Of a DNA stretch of 64,000 bases, positions 14,141 to 26,393 are shown piece by piece. The notes under the pieces are model-generated. The model ran no database searches. It was not told where the DNA came from and was given only the letters and a program-made list of their open reading frames with translations. The translations under genes were made by a program, and so were the position numbers. Where the stretch lies: positions 64,001-128,000 of IMG/VR virus record IMGVR_UViG_3300033153_009093. One strand, written 5' to 3'. Each line of letters starts with the position of its first letter. Position 1 is the first letter of the stretch. This stretch comes from a virus.

Positions 14141-15319
14141 ATGAAGTATAAATTAAAACCAAAGAATAATATTCTTAAATATTTATTAGGTGATATTGAT
14201 TAGATTGATATTTCATATACACTTAATTCTACATATAATACATTACTATTATGTTTAAATGAACCGCTATTAGATATATTATATAAATATGACCAATATT
14301 CTATAAATTATTCCTCTGATTAGACAGATACAGGGCATGATGAATGTCTATCGCTGGAAATGGAAATAGTATCTGATACTATTATGAAATTTAATATTAA
14401 ACAAAAATTTGTTAGATGTTTTTCATATTATAAAGAATATACTAATACTACTAATACTAATGATATTGGTATATATACTAATACAAAAAACTTTATAAGT
14501 TTATATCCTAAATTATTTTTAGATTCCGAAAATTCAGAAATCAATAATTTATTAACTACAGAGGAAAAAATAAATTTACAAAATTCTAAATTAATAAATG
14601 CCGAATTTACTGATTCTGATAATTTTTAGATTCCTACTATTAATAATAATGCATCAAAAGGAAAATCCCTTCCTGCTCATATAGAACTCATATCATTCAT
14701 TGATTCAAATTTAGATTATATAAAAAAAGAATATAATTTAAGTGATTCTATAACTGATGAAAATCATATAATAGATATATAGTATGATGAAAATCCTAAT
14801 GTAGATAAATATTCCACATATGCGAAGTCATTTAATATTATTAATGATTCTACTATTATATTTGATTTTGAAATTTATATTAATATTAATCAGTATAATT
14901 ATTTATTAGATATTAATGATATCAATATTGATTATCATATAAATGTCACAGGTGATAATGTAATAACCGGAACTACATTTAACCTTGATATATATGAAAA
15001 TATCAACAATTATTTTAACATCAATGACATTGTATATATTAAAAATATATACACCGATACAATAGTCAGCATTTGTAAAGTTACAAATATTATAAATAAT
15101 AAATTAACTTTATCTAAATTATAGGCCGAAATATCAGGAGATATTAATATTGATTATATGGATAAATATATACTTAATAAAATAAAAAATTTAGAAAATT
15201 GCAACGATGTTCAAGAAAAAAATAACATTTTAAGAAAATTGCTAATTAATAATTTATTTGTTATAGACGATATTGAGTTTAATGAAAATGATTATTTAGC
15301 TATAAATAACTTTGGTTAA
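14141..15319 (+). CDS. Hypothetical virion-region protein, 392 aa
   Basis: AAGGT RBS, ATG 14141, 5 TAG, TAA 15317-15319. Contains track ORF 14360. Confidence 0.65.
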
Positions 15320-15325
15320 TATTAT

Positions 15326-15979
15326 ATGGCAACTTATAGATCAGTGTCTAATTTTCCTAGTAATATTAAATCAATGACCGATTTAATAGGAGATAATTAG
15401 AATTTAAAATCTTATGGATCAAAAACTATAAAGTTTACTGCTGACAATACTATACATTTACAAAATGCAACTTAGACAAAAATGTACAAAAGGTCTATGT
15501 TTAATTTATCGGCAAAACTTTCAGGAGTCGAAAAATATTTTTCTTCGTGCTATTCTCCAAATATATTTAATGTTGGAATTACTCTTAATTGTGAAGGTTT
15601 ATATATGGGAGAAAATGGAGATTTTTAGAAAACGGAATTGTTAGAACCTATACAAAGTTAGTTTACTTCTGCTGTAATTTCAAGAATATTTTCTCCCACA
15701 GATTTAATTCAAACATCTAAAACTATTTCTGAAGATGAAGATGGAGAAACTACATTGGTTAATTCAGATGGTACAATTGATAGTTATAAAAAAACATTCT
15801 TTAATAAAAGTGAACAATATAAACTGTATTTTCCCGCTGCATCTAAAGGAGGCGTAGGTGATAAATCGATAGAACAAGAAGATGATATAATCGATGTAAT
15901 TAATTAGAATAAGATATAGTCTTTATCATTAAGTTGTAATGATAAAATTTATACATTAAATGCTACCGCCCTAACATAA
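15326..15979 (+). CDS. Hypothetical tail-region protein, 217 aa (absent from the ORF track)
   Basis: ATG 15326 to TAA 15977-15979 with 6 TAG, e.g. GDF*KTELLEPIQS*FTSAV. No TGG codons. Confidence 0.65.
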
Positions 15980-15993
15980 ACCAAGGATGAACA

Positions 15994-16458
15994 ATGATTG
16001 AAAGAGTTGATAATATCAATATGGTACCGGAAGATATTAAAGAGTTATTATTTACCGAAAAAGGTGAATTTATTGCTATAGGAGAAGAAGTTTATCGATT
16101 AAAACCTTTTGGTGTAAAAAAATACTTCGAATTATTACATTTTATTTCAATATATTATACATTATATAATGACGTATTTGCAGAAAGTAATAATTTAAAA
16201 ATTACTTCTTTCTTTGGAAGTTTAGCAAAAAAATTAATTGATAATGAATTAATTGATGATTTTATGAAAACTTTCTTTCCTGAAATTCCAGAAGGTGCCG
16301 AAAATATAAACAAACCTCAATTGGATTATTTATTGGGGGTAATATATAAATTAAATTTTTTATTAAAAGATCGCCCGATTCAGGATCAGGCGACTCGACT
16401 GTCGATTCACAAAATGCAGGAAATGTTAGGCTTAAATCTAAATCAGACGACAAATTAA
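15994..16458 (+). CDS. Putative tail assembly chaperone (gpG-like)
   Basis: AAGGA RBS; 154-aa helical protein with a T TTT TTA slippery heptamer at 16356-16362 near its 3' end. Confidence 0.5.
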   Translation: MIERVDNINMVPEDIKELLFTEKGEFIAIGEEVYRLKPFGVKKYFELLHFISIYYTLYNDVFAESNNLKITSFFGSLAKKLIDNELIDDFMKTFFPEIPEGAENINKPQLDYLLGVIYKLNFLLKDRPIQDQATRLSIHKMQEMLGLNLNQTTN

Positions 16459-17534
16459 TAGTCGATGATTCTATAATATAGAATCAATATATTTATTTAA
16501 ATCTTATAACTTTTATAATATATAAAACTGGTTAGTCAATAGATTACATTTTTGGTGATTATATTAAAAAATGTAACCAAACAAATAATAAATGTAATTG
16601 GGGGAGTTGTTTATATTTTCATAATACTATAAAAACAAACTCATCAATAGATTGTGATAATATAAAAAATGAATTAAATGGATTAACAATTAGACAAATA
16701 GTTTTAATAGCTATGTTTTTTAGATATTTTGATTATGAATATTTACTTAATTCAAAATATCAGTTAACTGATATTATTAATGTAGTTTTTTCTAAAGAGA
16801 ATAAATCATTGGATTTTAAAAACATTTATTCTAAATCATTGTTAAGTACAATATTTTCTCAAAAAGAAAATATTGTTATAAATGAAAATGATAAGATGGA
16901 AAATTTAATAAATGAAATATTATTAACAAAAAATAAAAATGAAAAATTTATTAAATTTAATAAATTACGATCATATATAAATTCAACATTTTATAATAAA
17001 GAAAATAGTTTATATATATTCTTAAGATTTATTAATACAAGTTTTGAAGATTTTTTCCAAGATTATTATATACAAAACTCTATATTGCCAAATGATGAAA
17101 GTAAAGATTTTTTCATAAATATATTAATAAATATTTATAAATATATTATGGTTTTTCCTAATCATACTAAAATATATAATGATAAAAATAATTTAAAAAT
17201 GTTAAGAACTAAAGCTAATGCATTAAAATTAAGTAAACGAGAGCCTGATTATTTAAAAGGTGATTAGGATGATCAAAGATTAATGGATTATACTTCAGAT
17301 GATAATGTAAAATTATATATTACATCTATAGATTCTTATTATTATATCTATAAAAAATATGACTCTATAGATGATAAAAATTTTTAGTTAATGATAGAAA
17401 TATTTAATTATTTAGATGATTTGAACAATCTTAAATATAAATCTTTACGAAGCGTTATTATAGAATTAACTAAAATATTAAAGTATAACATAAACCAACA
17501 ATATGATATTGATATAAATGACATTTTTAATTAA
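16350..17534 (+). CDS. -1 frame extension of the chaperone-like gene (gpGT-like), 4 TAG
   Basis: The -1 frame is open from 16350 to TAA 17532-17534, with no ATG before 16713. It begins with the linker-like RSPDSGSGDSTVDSQ. Confidence 0.5.
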
Positions 17535-18064
17535 GTCTAATTAATAATTGACCATTGTATATTAACTGTATAAATATTAGCATTAATTTTTAATATTGGA
17601 ACTATAGAATCTAAATAATTCAGTTCATCATATACTTCATCTTTATATAAAAATGAACTGGTTTTCTAAAAAATATTACTGGTTAATTTCCAATTATTAA
17701 ATTCGTTCTATAAATTAGAAAATATATCCAGTGGCAATCCATCAGGTGCGATTAATAGTATATCATCAATTTTATTCTGAATTTCTGATATTACATCTGA
17801 TGATATATCTATTCCTATATCATCATATGCTAAATTAGCTTGCCATGAATACCCTTTTAACTTATACGAAACCGGTTCAATTGTAGGGGTGGCTTTAAAT
17901 GAAAAAGAATATTTAAAGCCACCCTAATCAGCGTCACAGCCAACTTCGTTACATACACATGCAATTTCCTGATAATCACTTTGAACCTTTCCTACATATT
18001 TCAATGATTGGGATTCTACATTAAAATATGGCATTTTATATAACGATGAACTTTCTTTTATCAT
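17531..18064 (-). CDS. Tail-region protein downstream of the tape measure gene, 177 aa (absent from the ORF track)
   Basis: GAGGA RBS, ATG 18064, 4 TAG and 3 TGG, ends TAA 17531. Confidence 0.65.
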
Positions 18065-18073
18065 TTTAAATCC

Positions 18074-21000
18074 TCATGGCATTAAAATAAACGATTCTTC
18101 ATTATCAGCAGGTGCTATAGCAGGCGATTTATTTAGTAATCCTTCTAATGCCGCTGCATTACTAACTGCTGCTGCCCCTTCCGCTGTTCTATCTCCTATA
18201 TCTGTTTGATGTGTATCAATTGTAATAGGCTCTTGTTGAGTGGCAGTTTTACTAACATCACTATCAATCACAGCACTGCTTATTGTAGCAGTGGCAATTT
18301 CTGACTGTTTGGATACTGTATCAATTTGATGAGTAGATGCTTGTCTAAAGTTATTAACGGCAGAATCAAATTGTTTAGTATCTACCGTTTGAGAAATTAC
18401 ATTACCTAAATTTTCAACTACTGGAATTGCTGCCGCCCCTCCTTTTATTTCCGCCCCAACTTCATTGCCTATTTCAGTTGATAAATTGGGCTGCATTGCT
18501 TGCGCAACACCATCACTACTTACTCTATTTGATGCGTCAATTACAGCTTCTCCCATAAATTTACTATGTTCTTTATTAAAAGTAACATCTTTTCCACCGG
18601 CAGAAATAGCACCATATCCTTTCGATTCCATTAAATATCTACTACGTTCTTCAGAACTAGGAAGTTTTGCGTATTCCATTTTTTCAGTGGCACTTAATCC
18701 TGCGAGTTCTGGAGTTGTTCTAACATCTCCGCCACTTAATAATGATAACATAACATCGCTATTTGTTTTTGCTACTAATTGATCTACTCTTTTCGATGCA
18801 ACTCTATCATATGACCCCGTATCTCCACCTGCAAATTGTGCAACTCCCGCCCTAATTTGATAATCATTTAATCCTAATTTTCTTTGAGATGCTATATTAG
18901 CATCAATGAAGGTAGAGAATTTTTTTCGATCCTGTGGTGTCTGTGCTCCTTCATAACCTTCAAATGCGGTTTTTAATTCTTCAGCGGATGATTGTCGTAA
19001 ACGTTGACGTTGTTGCTAATTAGTACCTAGCATAGTACTTGTAACATTCTGAAATTCTTTACTACCTACAGATGAAGCTTGAAAAGCTAATTGTGCTGTT
19101 TGTTCAGCACCTTGTAAACTCATAGTCTTAGCTTTTAAAGTATCTTTTTCACCTGCTTCATATTCGCTTCTTAATGTTGAAACCTGACCAAATTGTTCAT
19201 CTGATAAAGTTCCCATTTGTCGCAATCTATCAATTCCGGTCATTCCTTCATCATCGACTTTAGATAGATCTTCAACACTTTTAATATCAGTTAAACCGAA
19301 CGCTAATTGTGCCATAGGATCTTTTTTCATTTCTTCAAAACCCTGAGCAGCGGCAAATTGTTTCCCTTTTCCTGTAATATCCATAGTTTGAATAGAATCA
19401 TTTAATGTATCTATAAATGCCATTGTTGTCTTTGAAAAATCACCGGAAGTGGTTAACCCTTCAGAAAATACGTTTACCGCCTTGCCAGCGTTTTCTAATG
19501 AAAAATTAAATTTCTTTTCAACCGATTGACTAGTTGCCTCAAATACTCTACCTAAAGCCAAACTACTTTTTTCAAATTCTTCTGAAGCCATTCTCATTTT
19601 ACCGAATGTATCTAACTTCTGAACACCTTCATCTTGCATAAGTTCAGTTATCTGTACATCTGATAAATCTTTTAATGCAGTATCTTTGCCAAATTTTTGC
19701 TGTGCTATTTCAGTTAATTCATCGCCTCTAATATCACTGACAGATTCTTTTCTACGTTCCATCGCATATTCTAATTCCTGCTTTTTTCCTTTGGAAAGTT
19801 TACTTAAATCTGCACCGGTATATATAGATTGTTGTTTAGCTATTTTTTCAAATGTTTTTTCATTATCAGATATAGCACCAACAAATCCTTTGAAGGCACT
19901 AATTTGTGTAGTATTATAATCTTTTTCTACTGATTGTACCTTTTTTGATGATTCGCTAGTTTTTTGTAATTCTGCTAACTCTTCTTTATCAAATTTACCA
20001 GACTTCTGCGCTACTTCTAAACCTGATCTAAGAACTGGTAATCCTAAAACTGTAGTGGACATTTTTTGATTTAATTGATTAGCACTAGTTATTCCTATTT
20101 CTTTTAATTTGTCAGATGTTGATTCCGCAAGGCCGCCCATTTCGTCTTTAGGAAGTTCAATGTCTCTTTTTTTGAAATATTCAGATTTAGTATCGCCAAT
20201 GGTTTCATAAGGATCTTTTATACCAATTTCCGCTAATTTTCTACCGGTTTCCATTTCAAGAGTAGAATATAAATCCCTTTCTCCTTTAGAAGTAGCTAAT
20301 GAGCTTCTGACTTGCGAAAACATTTTACTTTGAATTAAACTGCCTTGATTTAATTCTTTAAATAACGCCATTCCTTTTTCATCACCTAAAGGAGCAACTA
20401 AAGAATTCAATCTACCTTTTTCAGCTTGTAAAATTGTTTGTGTCTGGTTTTTATCTTCAAAATCAACAACTTGTAAGGTATCAATAAATTTGCCAGTCAT
20501 TTCTTTATTAATTTTAGCAGAGTTAACAATTACTCTTTTTACTTTACTAAAATCTTTTTCTTCAATACCTTCCTGCATCACTTCATTTAAACCTTGCGAT
20601 ACTTGCGAACTTACCGCAGCCGATCCAAGATATTCAGAAACTGTATTTCTAGGGCGAATATCTTGATCTTGTTTTAAATAATTAATCAATCTATATGAAG
20701 CCGAAGACCTTTCATCATCGTAGTTTTCCAAATAGCCTGTATCAGAAGTGCCATAAATATCAGCGACTGTATTAATAGCCTTTAGTTGAACATTTTTATT
20801 TCTTTCTGCATCTGTTTTTAATTTCCTAGTTGTTACTAATTTTGTTTCCTCCGCTCCGGTTAGGCCGCCTCCTGCAATTTCTTTATATTCTAATTCTGCC
20901 ATATCGACATTTAAATCTTCAATTTTTTTATTATAATATTCAGCCCCGCCCATGAATCCAGTAGTTAACCCTTTTAATCCTGTTGCTTCTGTTGTCATTT

Positions 21001-24000
21001 TACTTTTACCAGAAAAATAATCTGAACCTGCCTAAGTAGTACCCATTCCAGCAGCGGCAAGACCTAATAAAGGTAATAGTGTCCCGCCTGACATTATAGC
21101 CGCTGTAGCCCCGCCCCCAATTAATAATGTTTTTAATAATGCATTATCCATCATTGATTTCTTTCCGGCTTGCTTTCTTAATTTTTCATTACCCATTACA
21201 GATCCACCGGCTTTCATTAAAGCTGTTCTATCAACCCCTGCAAAATCAATAGACTCCATATCTAACATATAAGATCCTTGTTGTTCGCTTATTTCTCTAT
21301 CTGATTTTAATTTTGATCTGTATAATTCTAAACCTGTAGTTAAAACTGCAAGGCCTCCGCCTAATCCTCCTACTTTACCCAATGAAGCGGTAAATGCTCC
21401 TACTCCCATTAATGACCTTGCACCTAAAAGGCCCCCGCCTAAAAGGCCAGTGGCTCCTATACCTGCTCCCATTGCTTGGCCTTTCGACATACCGAGTTCT
21501 TTAGCAATGTCATGACTTTGCATACCTACAAGTAAAGGGTCTATGAATGATGCCAACCCGCCTGCAACTCTCCCTATATTTCGCATTGTACCAGAACGTC
21601 TTATTAATGAACTTAATCTATTAACATTTCTTAATGCGCCTAATCTTTTTCCGCCTGTTTCCATTGTCCCTGTAACTTGCCTAAGTAATGAGGGGTCACT
21701 TTCTAACGCCTGTAATGCAACATTTCCGGCTAATGCTCGTTGTTGCTGCGAAGGTGACATTTGCATTAATGAACTTACGCCCCCGGCTCTATATCTTGTA
21801 AATTGTTCACTGCCAACAGCTTCCATTAAATTTAATTGCCGCCTTCCTCCTAATGCGGCTCTTACATTACTAGGAACATCAACAGAAATATTTGCCAACG
21901 CTTCTTTATTTCTAGTTAATAACCTTGTCATTTTATCAGCAATTTTTGGGCTTGTTAATGTACTAAAATCATATGAACCTATACCTTTTAAAGTATCTCT
22001 TGTTTTTGCGGTTGATATCATTTTATCTATTCCGGGCATTACCCGCGAAACTCGTTGTTCCATTGTTGTAACGGCTTTGAATCTATTATTTCTAAATCCA
22101 TCTAATAAACCTCGTGTATGATCAGAAGATTCTCTTAACTATCTTCCATTCTGTTTCAATAACCTCAATTGATCTGTTGATATATTGCCTGTTGATATGT
22201 CAGCTATATTTACATTTAAATCTTTTGCAAACCTCGTTAAAGCTCCTGTATCAGTAACTCTTGATAAATCCCTCACAGATGAAATATTCGCTATTTTAGT
22301 ATAATCTTTTGCGGCTCCTTGAAGTTTTGAAACCATACCGGACGTTATTTCATCGCCTATTTTAAAAGTATCACCGTATGAACTTTTCCCACCTGTATAC
22401 CTAATGGCTCTTTCGGTAGAACGAGCCATGTCATAACCATAGGAAACTCCCGATAACTCTCTTCTTAATGAAGAAACGTCTGTTCGTTTGGCAGCCCTAA
22501 CGCCTTTATTCATATATGTTTGATTTTCTAATGATTCAACGCTTCCCATTTTTAATGTATCAGATAATTTATTTATATCCGATTCCTTAAACCCTACACT
22601 CTTTAATCTATCAAAATAGTTAGTAAATGCCTTTTGATTACTTCTTGACATTGTAGATAAATCCATTGATCTATCTAATGCGCCTCCAATGACATTCATT
22701 CTTGTACTGGCTCCTGCTCCTGCCCGTCTTGTTGAAATGTCACCGCTTACTGATTCAATTTGTTTAGTTGCTCTTGTAATATCACTTGTAAGAATATTGT
22801 CCAATTGAGTTCGTTGAGTTTCTAATAAACTGCCAATATTTCCCCTTGTTATTTTTCTAGGCAAAACTTGTCCCGCACCAACACTATCAGCGAGATTATC
22901 TATAGCTGTTATACTACCGCCAGTACGTGCTCTAAATGCCTCTGTAGTGGACGATGGAGTACCCTACATACCTCCGCCTGCCTTTCTACTCATTCGATTA
23001 AATAGGCCTTGTTCAAACCCTTTTTCAAGCAAGGCAGGTATCAATCTTAATCCACCTACAGCACCAAGAGCCGGTAGCGCTAAATTTGCCATGGAACCCA
23101 TTGTGCCCATGGGACTTTCCATAATAGCACTACCGATTCCAGATATGATACCAGATGCCATATTAGAAAAAGTTTTAGTCGCGACCGCAGCAATATCACC
23201 TCCTATTAATCCTAAAACGTCACCAAATTTACCAGATATGACTCCGTCTATTTTTAATGTGGTATCTTTCTATATTCCTCCCATATCATCAATGAGAGTT
23301 TCAAATCGTTGACCTATCTCATCCATTGACAAGCCTTCAAAGTTTTTTTCCATAGCATCCATAACTTGAGTCATTGGCATAGATTTATATGTACCAACTC
23401 CAACACCCATAAATTTAGAAACCGCCTGATCCATTCCGCCTTGAAATGGTTTAAACATACTGCTGGCGTAATTTAAAAATTCTTTATTGGAACTTAATGT
23501 AGAAAATCCCGTTTGAAATGCAGTAGCCGCACCGGTTACAGTTTTATATAACCCTGTTCTTTCCATAACTTCTTTTGTTACCATTTGTAATGAATCTCCG
23601 AAGTTATCTACTTGTTTACTAAATGTATATTTTTGTTTTTCTAATACATCTAGTCCAACAGCTTTACCAATAAATCTATGCAAACCTTCTACTAATTTTG
23701 TAGGATCTGAAGACATTTCTGCTTTTGTCATACCACTCAATGACTCAATGACTTCGGGCGAAACGTTAAATCTCATTTGCATTGATCGCCATGAACCCGA
23801 CATAGCTTCGACCATTGAAAACATTGCACCTTGCATGCCTTGTTCAGGTGCAATTAAAGATAACCCTGATACTGTTTCCATTAATTGATTTTGAAATTTT
23901 TCCGATGTTAAATGAGGTTTAACTTCGGGATATACTGCCATTTTAGTTAATGCACCTAACGCTTCTTCTGTTTTAATAGGGTAATCTCTTGCCATTTTTA

Positions 24001-24715
24001 AAGCACTTTTCAACGCTTTATCAGCTTGTTTTTCGCCTCCTAATGCAGAACCTAACATTGCCTGACTTTGATATAAACCTTCGTACATATCAAAAGGGGA
24101 AGTTAATTGTGATTTGAAACCTTCGACAGCAGAACCAATCCCAGTAAATCCCTTTGCGAAACTTTTTACAGGAGTAAGAGCTTCATTCATTCCAGTTATA
24201 GGCTCTATAACAGTTTCGGCCATTTTCATTTGAGCAGGAAAAACAGCACCAAACATCATCGCATCTTGTACAAATGCCGCAGGGTTTAATGTATCTTTTG
24301 CCCTGCTTATTGCCGATGGTGCTTGAAAATTACCCATTCCTTTATTTATTCCCGACCCTATAGCAGATGATACATTTCTTGAAATATTATTACTAAAAGA
24401 TGGGTGCTGAAATCCAGACTGAAATAAATCGCCTATATCGGGAACTCTTGGTCTTGATATATCATAACTTGGCGCACGGCCTCCTTGTTGTTGTCTAACA
24501 TTTCTAGTACCCTGAGATATCTCACTTAAGCCAGAAATCAACCCGGTTGTATTTTTACCTAAAGAGGTATCTATTTTTCTTACAGAATTTACTAGTCCTC
24601 CTAAATGTGATACAAAATCATTAAACCCATTATTTGCGTTACCTAAATGTCCACTAAAATCATCTAAGTTATTTAATAAAGTATCATTAGGTAATATATT
24701 TCTATTATCGGCCAT
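18074..24715 (-). CDS. Tail tape measure protein, 2213 aa
   Basis: Six track ORFs (23270, 22964, 22139, 21032, 19016, 18074) share one frame and are joined by 5 TAG (23270, 22964, 22139, 21032, 19016). Ala/Gly/Met-rich helical composition with an N-terminal tape-measure-type domain (QAMLGSALGGEKQADKALKSALKMARDYP). Ends TGA followed by the next RBS. Confidence 0.9.
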
Positions 24716-24740
24716 ATATTTTTACCAAATTTTTTTATAT

Positions 24741-26393
24741 TTAATTAATTATTTTTTCAAAATATCCTCTGATAGACTATTCTGGCATTATTTCCGTTAA
24801 AATATTTGGAATTTGTAAATAATCTTTAACGGAATTTATATTATAATTATTCAATTCTTCCTAATTCTATGAAGGTTCTTGTAATTTATTATCCTAAGAA
24901 TAATCTTCTTTTAATAAATTTATTAAATTATCAGTATTTTTACAAAAAATATTCTATACTGAAGTATATCTTAGCTATAACATAGCCATTGAATTTGAAT
25001 AATATCCTTTTATAAATCCGGCATTTAAATGTAATGGTTGTAAATAATTTCCAAAAAAAGGAGCAAATATATCATAACCCTTTCCGGATTTTAAATTACT
25101 ATTTATATGAGTTAACTTGCCTAAATTATGTTTACTATTCGATGAAGGATTTAAAATTGTATCAATATTATTTATTTTATCATCGTAGTATTGATATTTA
25201 TCATTCAATGCAAAACTACTTTTTATTGTACATTCTGATTTTTTTACATCTGACATATATTCATTATATAAATTAAATATATATTCAGCAGTGTTAATAA
25301 TATTATCATATAATGAAACAGTATTTTCGTTATATAAATCATTATTAATATTAATATCTAACAAATCTTGTTGGTCTCGTTTTTTAACTTCTACTAATAT
25401 TTCAATAATATTATCAAAACTTATTTTATTTACTTCAATTTCATTTAATTCATTTATTGTAGTAGTATCAAATATATAATCATTAAACACTTCACCACTA
25501 CTAGCTCTTATTTTTTTTGAAAATTGATATACTGTATCATAATTAGAAAATTGTGAATGAAATAAATATCTATATGTTAATGCTATATAATTATTAAACG
25601 TAGAATCTTTTCTAAATAACGGCATCGCATTCCTGAATAATATATTATGCACATTATAATCTATAGATTTTATAGGAAAAGTATAAAATTTGATATTAGT
25701 ATACTGGCCCCTTTCTAGTAAACATCTAGGCAAACCTAAAGATAATAAATAATTACACATATATAAACTCCTAGATATATTATAATCCATTGGGTAACAT
25801 AGATTTTCTGTAAAAGCAAAACTGGTTATATTATATGCCACTTTAAATAATTCAAAATATTCAATATCAGTTATTTCTTTTTTCATCTTATCAAATAAAT
25901 ATAACGATCCTAAAAAAATAGGTATAGAATTAAATAACTATTTTTTTATTACATATTTCCTACTATATTCTTCAGGATCAGCTAAATTGATTTTTCTAAA
26001 ATAATAATCATAAGGGTTATCATATGGAAAATCAATACTTGTATATAAATCCGAATCGGTTTTTATTATAGCACGATGAAACGAATTCAAATTAGACCTA
26101 TATGTCACGCTCCTACTTTCTATATTTAATATAGACATGCATGTCATTACGCTTAAAAAAGATGGAGCAGGATTAGATATATTGGACATTAGTCCATATA
26201 ATGTACCAGTGGAAGAAAGTACTGCATTTGTCAATGCTGTACCCAATTTAGAATTTAATGAAGTTGTCAAATATCCATAATCAACCGTACTCTATCTTTC
26301 GGAAAGATAGTTATAATACATATAAATATTATCTTCTGTAGTAGAAAAATATGACTCTTCGTAATGGTGTGCATACAAAAATGTATCATCCAT
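24741..26393 (-). CDS. Hypothetical tail-region protein, 550 aa
   Basis: Fuses ORFs 25938 and 24975. 8 TAG, including EPS*N*EEL and MPE*SIRG. ATG 26393 overlaps the upstream gene's end. Confidence 0.7.

Noticed and set aside
18465-23312. Plus-strand track ORFs 18465, 19686, 21543 and 22947
   Set aside because: These are antisense shadows of the tape measure gene. The same applies to other short opposite-strand ORFs such as 5306, 6361, 25034, 31397, 45683, 56986 and 62474.
18074-24715. Higher-GC island suggesting horizontal transfer
   Set aside because: It coincides exactly with the Ala/Gly-rich tape measure ORF, so amino-acid composition explains it.
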